A DNA stretch of 64,000 nt from Octopus vulgaris (GCA_951406725.2 OX597832.1:44764001-44828000), one strand, 5' to 3'; positions 27,668 to 41,345 are shown, counted from the stretch's first letter. Made by a program: numbers and translations. The notes: generated by a model from the letters alone, not told the origin.

Positions 27668-28005
27668 GGACCCCCTTCGGTCACGACACTGACCATGGGA
27701 TTGCACCTAGAAAGTTACCCTTCTAGTCACAAGTCTGGGCAAGGTGGTTTTATGGAAGACCAGCAGTCGCCCATGCATACCAGCCTCCCCTCTCCACGCC
27801 ACCAGTGTTATCCAAGGGAAAAGCAAAGGGGCCGATACAGCTTAGCACCCGTGATGTCGCAACTCATTTCTACAGCTGAGTGAACTGGAGCAACGTGAAA
27901 TAAAGTGTCTTGCTCAAGAACACAACACGCAGCCCGGTCCGGGATTCGAGCTCACAACCTCTCGATTGTAAGCTCGACGCTCTAACCACTGAGCCATGCG
28001 CATTC
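27668..28005 (-). mobile_element. tRNA-derived SINE family E
   Basis: Minus-strand head GCGCATGGCTCAGTGGTTAGAGCG...GAGCTCGAATCCC. Confidence 0.85.
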
Positions 28006-29727
28006 ACAATCATACATATGGAACATAATTTGCCACATATATTTCTTTAGTGTTTTATAGCTAAGCCAAAATAAATAATATTAAGAGAAACACTCAGAGT
28101 CTAGAAGATGGTAGGGGTTAGCTCCCCTGTTTGCAATATATATCGGGTGCACACTGCATCAATAACCAGCTGGAGGAGGCTCCTCCTAGGGTTGAAAACA
28201 GTAGTAACATTGGTTCCTACAGAACAGCTATGATGATGTGGTGACAAACATTACTTCTCAGTATAGCTACGACTCTGATTTCTTCTCAGAATGATTTTTA
28301 AAGAGAATAAAACTGCTCCAACAACTTAGATGCAAATCTTCAAAATTTGTACATCCATTCAATTCATGGAGAAATAGAATTTCAAATTATTCGAAATAAA
28401 CTGACTGAAAATGATTATTTAGCAAAGTATTTTTTTTAGTAAAATGAGAAATTTGTTGATTTACTTGCTACAATTAGTTTTTACTTTTAACATAGGTTTA
28501 ATACCAATTTTTTGTTTCCAATAAATTCTTTGTATAACAACAAAAAATTCCACAAAATTTGGATGTCTGAATTTCTGCAATGAATACTTCAGCAATGTTT
28601 GAACTACACAAGTAGTTGCCGAGACGTGCAGCTGAGGAACAGTCGTAGTTGGAAATTCTGTGGTTAGTTGTCTTGTAGCCAAACCCATTAGCCATCTGCT
28701 CTTATACTTGTCTCTGACTGCTCAAAGAGCTAAAAACTATGAAGGGATCCGTCTTCCAAAAAACAATTTACCCCTAGAGAATATATATCTACAACTGAAA
28801 CCATCTCTTTCAGCTGGCAATGACAAATTAATTTAAAAAAGAAAAATACACATCAATGTTTTTTATAACATACTGCTTTGAGCCAGGATTGAACTCTCAA
28901 ACCTTTATTATAAATCCCCTCTATCTCTCTTTCGGAGAGGCACTGAGCAGCTATAAGCACACATACACACACGGCAGTAACTTCCACCTACCGAATTCAA
29001 TCACAAAGCTCCGGTCGGCTCGAGGCTATAGTAGAAGACACCTACCCAAAGTGCCACGCAGTGGGACTGAACCCGAAACCATATAGCTAGGAAGCAAGCT
29101 CCCTAACCACACAGCCATGCCCGCGCCTACTCAAATTTCTAATTTTTAAAGGTCCACTACATGTTTCCAAGAATCCAAATCCTGAATCTTTCAATGAACA
29201 TAATGATTTTTCTCCAACTCTCTTTTAATTATGATTTGGTACAAGTTCATTAATGTATACTAAACGAGATTAACATGATAAAAAAAAATCTCTATGACAG
29301 AACCTAGAGAAATGCAGCTCTTTACTGACCACACACACACACACACAGACAAATATCCCTTTCAATGAACAACAGGATGTTTATATTCAGACCAACTTGC
29401 TACTGCAGTAACAAGTATTTCTCAATCAATAACACATCCGTTAACAATGCAACAATGAAGTACTAGAACATTCAATTTCATACTACACAAAGATGTTTTC
29501 ACACCATAGGTCTAAACTATTGATGTTTTTCAACAAGCCTTTTACACCTACACGTGTGTGTGTGTGTATTAGCATACATATACACACTCATACACACACA
29601 CACACACACGGTGTGGTTTGATCTTATGACCCAGAGTTAGTAACCTGATTGGAAATGATTTAATTCACTTTCATCTTTATAACTACAAGACATGAAAATC
29701 ACAAAAGCTGATTATGAAGAGTCAAGC

Positions 29728-29793
<66 letters not shown>

Positions 29794-29907
29794 AGGGGCT
29801 CTATTTAACACATTCTTTTTCAGCCACAGTAAACATCTAGTTTAGAAAGTCAGTGACCTGGTTTCAATTCTCGATTATACCAATTTTCATTCCTTGTTTT
29901 TAAGAAG

Positions 29908-29942
<35 letters not shown>

Positions 29943-30447
29943 GTGTATATATATATATATATATATATTGGCCTGCTCGCTTAGCCAGCGGGGTGGCATC
30001 GTTTGAAGGCTAAAACAATGCAAAGCGCATTGTGACCAGCGATGTGTAGCAACATCTGATAGCCTGGTCGGTCACGGAAAAAATATATATATATAAATTC
30101 GTCATCATCATCATTTTAATGTCCAATTTTTGTGCTTGAATGAGCCAGACAGAATCACTGAAGCAGATTTCTCTACAGCTGGATGCCCGTCCTGTTGCCA
30201 ACCTTCACCTGTTTTCAAGCGAGGTGACAATCTCCTAGTGTCTGTTAAACAAGAAACAGTGCAGACACGGGTACGAGCCTAATTTTTTGTTAACAATATC
30301 ATGCATGTCAAGAAGCCCAGATATGCTTTTGCAGTTGACTGCAAGCAAACGTAACTCCTCGCATATGATAGTGAGGCTGTTGTTTTGTTTACAGTTAACT
30401 AATACACGTGTGGCAAGGATGATCACACACACACACTAGTGTGTATG

Positions 30448-30497
<50 letters not shown>

Positions 30498-30509
30498 AAC
30501 ACACACACA

Positions 30510-31175
30510 TTACCACCCACCTACCTATGTTCGGCCTTCGCCATGATAGATCACTAGCCACAACACATTCTTTATTTTCTCCCCTTTGTTTGTTTCTGTG
30601 TTCCTTTCTGTGGAAGAGCATAGGCTCGAAACGTTAAAGACTTTTTCACTTCCCGAGCGTTATACTAATACATCTGTTTGCTGTCTACACCACCTGTCTT
30701 CATCTTTTGTTTGTGAATTCTCCACATATATTACACGCTCATGAGGTTGCACCAGTTCATCCTGTCTCCTCTCATCACACCCATGAACTTCTACAGATTC
30801 TACATGTCTTCTCTCATCACGTACCAACTTCTACTGGACTTTCTACACTTCAGCTGCACCTCTCCTGCCTATGGATTACACTGGACTATATATATATATA
30901 TATATATATTGGAAGTCACTTGATCCTGTTATCTCCCCTACTGTCCCTCTCGCGTCTGACCACTGTCCGAAGTCAGGACACCATGATAGATCGTTAGCCC
31001 CTACACGCATTTTTTTTCGCTCCTTGTTTTTTTCTGTGTTCCTTTCCGTAGAAGAGCGTAGGCTCGAAATGTAAAAGACTTTTTCTATTCCTGAGCGCTA
31101 TACTAATACATTTGTTTGTTTGTACTCCACCTGCCTTCGTCTTTTGTTTATTTTCGTAAACTTTCCCTTTATTTA
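30510..31175 (+). mobile_element. Two related Penelope-like 3' fragments (about 30510-30725 and 30910-31175)
   Basis: Both share ccatgatagatc...gaagagc(a/g)taggctcgaaa..ctttttc and abut TA tracts. Confidence 0.45.
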
Positions 31176-32017
31176 TATATATCATCATCATCATCATCAT
31201 CATCATCATCGTTTAGCGTCCGTTTTCCATGCTAGCATGGGTTGGACGGTTCTACTGGGGTCTGTGAAGCCAGAAGGCTTCATCAGGCCCAGTCAAATCT
31301 GGCAGTGTTTCTACGGCTGGATGCCCTTCCTAACGCCAACCACTCCGTGAGTGTAGTGGGTGCTTTTTACGTGCCACCCGCACATTATATATATATAATG
31401 TATACCTGCCTGCCTTGTATCCAACAACTGGCTTTACCAAACCAAAAGAAATTACATAATAAAAAAAAAAAGATGCTTATCATTTGAAAAGTTGAAATGT
31501 TTGAATCGGTGAATCCCATAATTACAATATAGAGACATCACCAAAAATTTTTTCGCTAGGTCATGTAACCAGGAAAAAATAGAATTTAAAAAAAAAACAA
31601 TGTCAGATTTCATCTTGCTTCAAACAACAATTCATTCTACACATCCATTTTTCCATGCAAGCATGAGTTCCAATACATACAAGAGAAAACTGAGCACTTG
31701 TTTATTTCATTGCTTTGCTGCTCGCAGTAGTGAGCCATACCAGTCTTTGGTATTTGTTTAAAAATAGAGACAGACAGATGGTAGTCCAGAAAGCTTTAAC
31801 TTGGTCAACTGTGACTTTTACTGAAGAAATTACAGGTTAGTTCATTTTAGCTAATTCTAATTTTACAAGAAAATTGATGGGAATATTATTTTAAATTGCA
31901 GTTGTGATTAAGAAGGCTTGAGTCAGTGAAACCACCTAAAGAAAAGCTACTGGTTAACCCTTATGAACAAAACAGAAAAATAAACTTCTGAGCCGATTGT
32001 ATATTTGAGAGAGTAAA

Positions 32018-32420
32018 GTTAGTTAAGTTAATTTTTTGGCTCAAAAAGCAAAAGCAAGGCCATGTAGGGGGGTCATAGAGTTATGTACAGGGAGGGTGTT
32101 CATGCAAAGAGTTCAGGCCATTTCTGGTCAAGAGAGTCTTTGAACCGAGCGGTCGTCGGCATCTTCACTATCTCGTCCGGCAGCTTATTCCACGGATCCG
32201 CAACCCGGACGGAGAAAGCCCCTCTCCTTCGATTGAGATGAAATCATCGCAGATAGAGCTTTTCAGAGTGACCCCGCAGCCGACGCTCTGGAGCAGGAGT
32301 GAAGAACAGCTCTTTCGAGAGGTTACACTTTCCGCTTATGATGTTGTGAGCGAGAATAAGATCAGCACGGCGTTTTTCTAGAGAATAAAGGTCGAGCGTC
32401 TTCAGCCTTTCTTCATAAGA
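32018..32420 (-). mobile_element. CR1/L2-group LINE 3' end
   Basis: Minus-strand translation gives ...LKTLDLYSLEKR...DLILAHNII...RLRGHSEKL...FSVRVADPWNKLP..., typical of CR1 ORF2 C-termini, with a short TTAAC-repeat tail. Confidence 0.8.
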
Positions 32421-32505
32421 GTATTACAATAATGATGTATTTTATGTCAGAAAGGAAGGAAGTTAATCAAATTGATCTCAATCTATTACTTGCACTTATT
32501 CTATT

Positions 32506-32790
32506 CATTGAAATTTCACTGAAAATTTATATATATATTTACGAAGTCAAGACAGATATCTTCAGCTAGCAAGCCTCTGCTACTCTAGACTGATGATGGG
32601 CAAAGACCCTGAAACATGTGTGTCTCTAGATGCAGGCCTAGCTGTTGGGGGTATTTGTCTCCCCTTCGTAAATATATAAGGACACAGGAAATGTGTCGAA
32701 GCCATCAGGAAGCGTTCGATGCTTCCTAGGGCTAAACAGTGGTGGTGTAATTCCCTTACTGTCACGTTAAGTTGACAGTATACAACCACT
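32506..32790 (+). mobile_element. Retrozyme-like element, copy 2 (5'-truncated, diverged)
   Basis: Collinear homology with about 3320-3597 and the same 3' end (tatacaaccact). The direct repeat CACTTATTCTATT occurs at 32493-32505 and 32787-32799. Confidence 0.72.
32570..32642 (+). ncRNA. Type I hammerhead ribozyme, copy 2
   Basis: tctaga-CTGATGA(32590-32596)-t GGG caaaga CCC t-GAAA(32611-32614)-catgtgt-GTC(32622-32624)-tctaga. Confidence 0.8.
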
Positions 32791-34629
32791 TATTCTATTG
32801 ATCTCCAGAAAAGCCAAAGACGATATTGACTTTTTTACAAGATGTCAAGAAGGGCCACAGAAGGATCAAACCAAATAATTGTAAATATTTCATCCAACAC
32901 TCTTCTTCTCACTAAATAATAATTAAGAAGCTCCATTTACCACCATAGTTTTGGCACCTTGGGCAAGTGTCTTCTGCTATAGCTCTGGGCTGAACAATGC
33001 ATTCTGAATGAATTTTGGAGATGGAAACTGTGGAAGCCCTTCGTATATACGTGTGTATGTGATTCTGTGTTTCTGCTACCAGCACTTAACAAGCAGTTTT
33101 GGTTTGCTTTATGTTTCCTGTAACTTAGTAGTAGTTTGGCAAAAGTGTAAGTATCAGACTTTAAAAATAAGTACCGGGGTCAATTTGTTCAACTAAGGCA
33201 GTATCCAGCATGGCTGCCATCCAATGATTGAAACAAGTGAAAGATAAAAGAGGGAAAATAAATCACTACCTTGTATTAATAACAATTTCTAACATAGGCA
33301 CAACGCTACAAATCTGTAGAGCAGATTGATTGATTAAATCGACTCTGGCATGCAATTGGTAAATATCGACACCAGAAAGATGAAAGGCAAAGTCAATCAC
33401 AGCAGGCTAGTGGAGGCACATGGCCTAGTGGTTAGAGCAGCGGACTCGCGGTTGAGGGATTGCGAGTTCGAATCTCAGGCCGAGCGATGTGTGAGTTTAT
33501 GAGCAAAACACCTGAGCTCCACACGGCTCTGGCAGAAGGTAAAGCCGAACTTCTGCTGACTCTTTCGCCACAACTATTTCTCATTCTTTCCTCCCGCATC
33601 TTACAGCTCACCTGCGACGAACTGGCGTCTTGTCCAGGTGGGGAACCTATATGCCAAGGAAACCGGGAGACCAGCCCTAATGAGCCAGGTATGGCTCGAG
33701 AAGGAACAAACAAAAAATCAGAACACAAAAGAGCCAAAAAAAAAAAACATTGCAAAGCATTTTGTCTTATGTTCTAATAATTCTTCTAAAATGCTTGAGT
33801 GTTAAGTTTTGAATCTACAGGCAGTAAAAATGTAAATAATTATAACAGGCATATACTACAAATGATGGTGCATCTGTCAAAAGGTCCATTTTAAGGACAA
33901 ACAGAACGCTGAAAACATATATACATCTACTCTAATCTAAAGTAAGATCTAAACATATGGCTTTGTATATCACTCTTGTTCCTATTTCTCTCTCTGTAAA
34001 CGAAGGCTTGAAAATGTATCTTGGTCTTGTGACTATCTCTACAGCAAGATGCTAAAGATAACAGAAGTTATGCCATTTAATGAATTCAAAAAACTTTGTA
34101 GGCTAATAATACAGAAAGTAACGATGTTGTGATATTGATCAAAACAATTTTAAATATGCAAAAGATAGAAAAGAAATATCAATGGGGAAAAAAAAACATA
34201 TAAATTCAAATGTTAACATAAATTTTACTTTTAAGACCACACTCCCACATTCTTATAGTTACTTTTTATGAATTTGAAAAGGTTCGAAATGTCTGGTAAA
34301 ATAGGTTTATTTAACAATGTTAATAACGCTATTGTCCTAATTGCCAATAAGCCACAGGAAACTAATGATAATGATTTCTATTGTTGAGGCTCTTCATACA
34401 TAAAGGAAACAGAACCCCCCACCCCCCGCCTAAAAATAGCAGCCAAATCTTCCTCAAATCATATCCTACTAACCTTAAAGAAAATTTTTTTTAAATACAA
34501 AAAAAAAAAACATAGGTTTTTATCTCAAATGTATTACTGAAATACAAATGAACTGGTCAAGACTAGACTACCTTTCATCATTTGGAGATGACCTGGGGCT
34601 AAACGAAAGCTCAAAACAATTTCAGTCTT

Positions 34630-35012
34630 CCGTGCCGGTGGCACGTAAAAAGCACCATCCGATTGTGGCCGTTGCCAGCTTCGTCCGACCCCCGTGCTGG
34701 TGGCATGTAAAAAGCACCATCCGATTGTGGCCGTTGCCAGCCTCGTCTGGCCCCTGTGCCGGTGGCATGTAAAAATCACCATCCGATTGTGGCCGTTTGC
34801 CAGCCTCGTCTGGCACCTGTGCCGGTGGCACATAAAAAGCACCCACTAGACTCACAGAGTGGTTGGCGTTAGGAAGGGCATCCAGCTGTAGAAACACTGC
34901 CAGATCAGACTGGAGCCTGGCGTAGCCTTCTGGCTTCCCAGGCCCCAGTTGAACCGTCCAACTCAAGCTAGCATGGAAAGCGGACGTTAAACGATGATAA
35001 TGAAGATGATGA
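34630..35012 (+). mobile_element. SINE family C with internal tandem subrepeats of about 63 bp
   Basis: gtgccggtggcacgtaaaaagcaccatccgattgtggccgttgccagc repeated about 3 times, followed by the family C 3' end. Confidence 0.85.
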
Positions 35013-35292
35013 TAAAAATGCTCAGATTCAATCAATGATTATTGTCAGTGCTGCTCAACATCATTTTGCACCCTCTTTCAATGAGTTGGGCAATAATTTC
35101 CCCCAAAAGAACACCCACAAAGTAAACTACTAAAATTTAAGCATGCACTCATTTAAACATATTAGAAAAGTACATACAGGTTAACTGATTAGCCACGACA
35201 GACTAATTAATAGTCTTACAGAAAGAAGTAATCTTGTTTATCAACTAACCTCATTCCTGCTCATTAGCATTTCCAAATTCTATTCAGATATA

Positions 35293-36107
35293 TGTGGCTG
35301 TGTGGTAAGAAGCTTGCTTCTCAACCAACCACATGGTTCCGGGTTCAGTCCCGCTATGTTGGCGCTTTGGACAAGCGTTTTCCACTATAGCCTCGGGCCA
35401 ACCAAAGCCCTGTGAGTGGATTTGATTGGCAGAAACTGAAAGAAGCTTATTCGGTATATGTGTGCGTGTGTGTGTGTGTCTTTATGCCTATGTTTGTCCC
35501 CCACCACTGCTTGACAACCAGTATTTGTGTGTTTATATCCCTGTAACTTAGCAATTCAACAAAAGAAACCGATAGAATAAATACCAGGCTTGAAAAAAAA
35601 ACAAATACTGGGGTCAGTTCATTCAACTAAAAATTCAAAGCAGTGCCCCAGCATGGCCAGTCTAATGACTGAAAAACATATATATATGTGTATATATATA
35701 TATATATATTTTTTTTTTTACTCGTTTCAGTCATTTGATTGCGGCCATGCTGGAGCACCGCCTTTAATCGAGAAACTCGACCCTGGGACTTATTCTTTGT
35801 AAGCCCAGTACTTATTCTATCGGTCTCTTTTGCCGAACCGCTAAGTGACGGGGACATAAACACACCAGCATCGGTTGTCAAGCAATGCTAGGGGGACAAA
35901 CACAGACACACAAACACACACATACATATATATATACACATATATACGACAGGCTTCTTTCAGTTTCCGTCTACCAAATCCACTCACAAGGCTTTAGTCG
36001 GCCCAAGGCTATAGTAGAAGACACTTGCCCAAAGTGCCACGCAGTGGGACTGAACCCGGAACCATGTGGTTGGTAAACAAGCTACTTACCACACAGCCAC
36101 TCCTGTG
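35293..36107. mobile_element. Two SINE family A copies tail-to-tail (+ 35293-35675, - 35715-36107)
   Basis: Opposite orientations separated by about 40 nt of TA microsatellite. Confidence 0.88.
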
Positions 36108-36719
36108 TTTATATATATATATATATACATATATGAACACATACATATACATACATATCCACATACACACTTCTGATTGTCATTTCTTAGTGACGGTACG
36201 AACAGCTTTATGCGACAGTCTCATAGCCTGAGGCTTTTGCTATAACCAAACCTTTGGGCTGCCTCATACAACACTCAAGGACGTAGTGTACCTATGTGTG
36301 TGTATCACACACTGAATACCAACACAAATTTATTCAGAGGGTGATAATGTCTACTCCTAGTATACTATATATTAAAGGTAGTTATTTTATACACTCATGG
36401 ATGGGAAGAAAAAGTCGACCTAAGTTGACCTGGGTAAAATCTGAACACAAAAACATGAACAGGTCTAACTAAATTATTCACTGCCTTCGCACACTGAATG
36501 GTCAAACCACTAGACCTACCAGAAATAATAGTCTAATATTCGAAAAAAAAAAACAACGCATCGGATAATGTAGTCTAGGATAAAAGGTGGGATGGGCATG
36601 ACTAGAAACGTCTTAATCGGACTGGCCTGGGGCTATACAGTAATAATTCAATATTGAGAATATGAAAGAAGAAAGTATTGAAGAAATGCCTGCAAAGCAA
36701 GCTGTTCCACGCTGCATCG

Positions 36720-36760
<41 letters not shown>

Positions 36761-36937
36761 GTAAATATAATATGTGACAATTATTCGGTAGCCAAGATAA
36801 AACTGAGTTTCGGATGCCGAAGTGGAAATCCACACCACCATCTCTTCGAATAATTGTCATATTATTTTACAGATAAATTTCCTCTATTTACATAATATTG
36901 AGGTCTCTTTCTTTCTTTTGTTATCTTACCGTTTTTA

Positions 36938-36971
<34 letters not shown>

Positions 36972-36974
<3 letters not shown>

Positions 36975-37180
36975 TTTATTTCAAAGCAGCAGAAATTCAA
37001 CAAAACCTGTTACTCTGAGTTTCACGTTCCCGACACTGTCCGATGAACGGGAACGGGAAACTCAGAGTAACAGGTTTTGTTGAATTTCTGCTGCTTTGAA
37101 ATAAAGCATATTACTCTACCCCTGGTATTTGAGTACTCTTTTTTTCCACCTTGTTTCACATTTATGTGTTTACTCCGGTG
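36972..37180. mobile_element. Penelope-like fragment with inverted duplication and hammerhead-like motif
   Basis: 36973-37032 is the reverse complement of about 37048-37108. Motif ctgt-CCGATGA-acgggaacg(g/t)-GAAAC-tcaga-GTA-acag. A single-arm copy lies at about 20575-20650. Confidence 0.55.
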
Positions 37181-37196
37181 TATATATATATATAAA

Positions 37197-37402
37197 GTTA
37201 ATCCAAACAAGAAAACAAAAAGACAACAACGCAAGGACGTGGAACAAATAAAGTATTATTGGACGCTCAGGAAAGAAGGGAAGAAGGAGGGTTTGACGTT
37301 TCGAGCGGAGCTCTTTGTCGGAAACATAGGAGAAGGAAAGAACTCGAGAAGGGAAGACAGAGGAAAAAAAAAAAAATTGCTAGTGATACAGACGAGGTCA
37401 CA
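37197..37402 (-). mobile_element. Penelope-like terminal fragment, same family as 9899-10115
   Basis: Near-identical sequence between TA tracts, with the degenerate core ccgacaaagagctccgctcgaaacgtc. Confidence 0.55.
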
Positions 37403-38002
37403 TACTAAAAGACCATATATATATATATATATGAGAGATATATGTATGTATGTAAGAGAGAGAAAAGGACATATATACACGTTAACAGCTAAGATTTTGA
37501 TATAAAGATGATATTAGAAGTAGGAACCGATTTTATATAATTATATATATATATAGGCTACAGAAGATAGTCTGTTGTTGAATTCCTCAATAACAGCAAA
37601 AGACAGCAACTGAGAGATGCTATGCTAGGCACGAGAAATATGGGAATGCGAAAGATGGATAGAAACTACCAGACAATTCTTACACGCAACACGTTCAAGT
37701 GTCAGTCTGCTGCGATGTTGTGTGTTGAAGATTCTGGTATATAAACTCGTGACGAAAACAAGTTTGTCAAAACTGAGAGAGAGAGAGAGAGTTTTCCTAC
37801 TTTTATTGATTATTATACTCTTGCCTAAAAACGAAGGTAAAAAAAAATGTATAAAATATAAAATAGCTAAATGAATGAATGGATGACCGAGGAAACGATT
37901 GATGTGGTTAAGAGGAATCAATATTTTGGTAAAGAGAATATAAAAGCTACCAGTGTTTTATAAATGTCACCTTACAATGAATAATGCATTTGAATTCAAA
38001 CT

Positions 38003-38026
38003 CACATACACACACACAGACGTGTG

Positions 38027-38057
<31 letters not shown>

Positions 38058-38236
38058 TTATGTACATATGTGTGTATGAACACATTCATTTATGTATACA
38101 AGCACATTATACACACATATGTACATGTGTATATATATACATACACACACACATATATATATACATACACACATACATATATATATATATATACACACAC
38201 ACACATATATACATACACACACACACATATATACAT

Positions 38237-38271
<35 letters not shown>

Positions 38272-38456
38272 CACATATACATACACACACACACACCATA
38301 TATATATACATACACACACACACACCCATATATATATACATACACACATACCCATATATATATACATACACACATACCCATATATATATACATACACACA
38401 CACATATATATATATATACACACACACATATAAATATATATGTATATACACACACA
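38003..38456. repeat. Compound (TA)n/(CA)n microsatellite
   Basis: Direct reading; a similar tract lies at 39680-40140. Confidence 0.95.
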
Positions 38457-39687
38457 ATTGGGGGTATATAAGAACCACAGCAACATCAAAAGACGACTGG
38501 GGGAGGTGGGAGACGAACACACCTTTCAGCATGACTGTTCAAAAACGGTTATCTAACGATTCCTTTTGCTTTTCGCATCTAGAAAAAAAAAATGGCTTCT
38601 TCTGCGACAGAACACAAAAAAAGAATGAAAGAAAGAGAGAGAGAGACTTGGAGAGAAAACGGATGTGGAATTTTAAATCAGGAAGATACTAATGGGGGAA
38701 ACGTGATAGCTCCGCAATTTAGACAATGTGAATATATTATATTATGGAACGTCTACCACCTTCAAGAGGCGACGACGGTCTATACCGTCGTTTCACCTGT
38801 ACATTAAGAAAATAGAATTAAGAATGGAAAACAAGCGAGGGGCGGGGTAAAAATACAGCAACGATCCAAGGAAACACATGTGTGTAAAATATGAGGAAAA
38901 AAAAATAGGATGTCCAGTCAAGAACTGGGGCAATTTCAATTGACAATAATTCACTGGTGTCCCAACGAATTTGACTTATGTCTGATCTGGTGCAAAATGT
39001 TGGACAATTCTAGTAGCGCCGTCGCATCTACGAAGACTGTTTTTTGGGGATCACTTGTGGTTCGTTTATGACAATAAGGACCAAGTCTTTCTCTGCCCCC
39101 CACCTTTTTATTATTATTATTATTTTTTTTTTCGTTTGATTCTGAATAAAGTAAATTTTTTCGTCCCACTTCAAAATTCTAAAGAAATATATATATATGG
39201 AGATTCAGGTATGTTATGTCTGTCTGTCTGTATCAGTTGGCCCACAATAAATACGAGTATATATTTATTTACTAACAACACACAACTTGATAATCAGGTG
39301 AGAATTCCATTAGAAACACACCCTGAATGACATTTCACTAAATATAATTTCCTTCGCAAATACTAAAGTGTATCTATGTACACACACGGTAAAATCATAC
39401 GCCTTTCCTGTCATTCCTCCTCAGCCACCAATAAAAATACGCGTGACTACTTACACACAAACACACACATATATATATATATATAGTGCATATGTACAAG
39501 CGACATTCTCTTTCGAAAAGGTTTATCAGGGGACGACACATTATTAACGAAAGACAGCAGCAGAATGTTACGAAAGAAGCACATTTTTATAGATTGACAG
39601 CAGCACCAAGTTAGGATGGCAACGGTTATATACACAACGGGATACATACATCGTATTAAAACTACACAAATACATGTGTGTATGCAT

Positions 39688-39731
<44 letters not shown>

Positions 39732-39944
39732 TGTCTGTACACATATATACACATGCATATATTTATGCAAATATACACACATATATGCATACACACGTAT
39801 ATATACATACAAATACACATATACATACACACGTATATATACATACATACACACACATATATACACACACGTAAACATACACACGTATATATACATACAC
39901 ACAAACATACACACGTATATATACATACACACACACATATACAT

Positions 39945-39991
<47 letters not shown>

Positions 39992-40415
39992 TACTATATA
40001 CACATCCTTATATAATATACACATATGTATATCCATACAGATTATATATATATACACACACAAGCATATCCATACAGATATATCCATATCTATCTATATA
40101 CACATGCATATATACATATACTACACACACACACACACAAATTCCAGCATGGAAAAGTAGATGTTAAACAATGATGATGATCATGGTTGAGAAGTCTGCT
40201 TCCCAACTACATAGTTTCAGGTTCAATCCCTCGGTGGGGCACCTTGGGCAAGTGTCTTCCATAGCCCGCCCCGAGCTGACCAAGGCCTTGTGAGTGAATT
40301 TGGCAGATAAAAACTAAAAGCCAGTAATTCTGTGTGTGCAATATGTGTGTGTGTGTATAAATTCTTTAATACATTTCAGCCCTAAGACAGTGGCCATGCT
40401 GGTGCACCACCAATG

Positions 40416-40449
<34 letters not shown>

Positions 40450-40855
40450 CACATGTGCTGGTTTGTGTTTCTTCATTATGACAATGCATGTTAGTTGTAA
40501 AGGAGTGTCACCAACACACAAGCAGTGTTGTTTATTTCTCATCTTTCGTAAAACATATGACTGGAAACAGGCGAAGGTTGGTGACAGTTGAGGCATCCGG
40601 CTGTAGAAAATGTTGCCTCAATGAATTCAGTTTGATCGATGCAGGCTTACAAAAGTGGAAGTTAATAATGATGATATATAGACATACATAGACATATACA
40701 TATATATATATATAGTGAAATATATATATATATATATATGTTGTATTTAGGAAAGGTCATTTTGCCAGTTTAGCCAATAAAAACACACGCACTATATATT
40801 TGGTGTTACTTTGCTTCAGCGTTATTTATTTTTTACATTAATCTTATTCTTATTT

Positions 40856-40901
40856 CGGCCAGAGTTCTTTCATCACACTTCTGTGACCTCATCAGTGGTC
40901 C
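40856..40901 (-). ncRNA. Minimal hammerhead-like motif in a Penelope-like fragment beside a (TA)n tract
   Basis: Minus strand gacca-CTGATGA-g gtcaca gaag tgtgat-GAAA-g aa CTC-tggcc. The core is intact, helix II is strong and helix III is minimal. Confidence 0.6.
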
Positions 40902-41017
40902 TTTGCTTTCTGCTTTCTTATTTCTGTGTCTCTCCTTACCAATGTGTGTGTGTGTGTATTTATAAGACAGATAGATAGATAGACAGACAGATAGACATGC
41001 ATATAGTTACATAAAAA

Positions 41018-41345
41018 CCCTACTTGGGTAAAGAATGACCATGGTACTGCACTTAAAAGGTTCCCCTCCAAGGCACATGTCCAGGCAAGGTTGTTTGTGG
41101 AAGACCAGCAGTTGCCCACACACATAAAAGCCTCCCCTCTCCATGCCACCAATGTTGTCCACGGGAAAGGCAAAAGCCGATACAGCTTTGAACCAGTGAT
41201 GTCACAACTCATTTCTACATCTGAGTGAATTGGAGTAAGGTGAAATGAAGAATCTTGCTCAAGAACACAAAACAGCTCAGTATGGGAAATCAAACTCACA
41301 ACCTCAACATTGTAAGCCCAAAACTCTAACCCCTGAGCCATGCAC
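41018..41345 (-). mobile_element. tRNA-derived SINE family E (diverged)
   Basis: Homology with 27668-28005. Confidence 0.8.
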
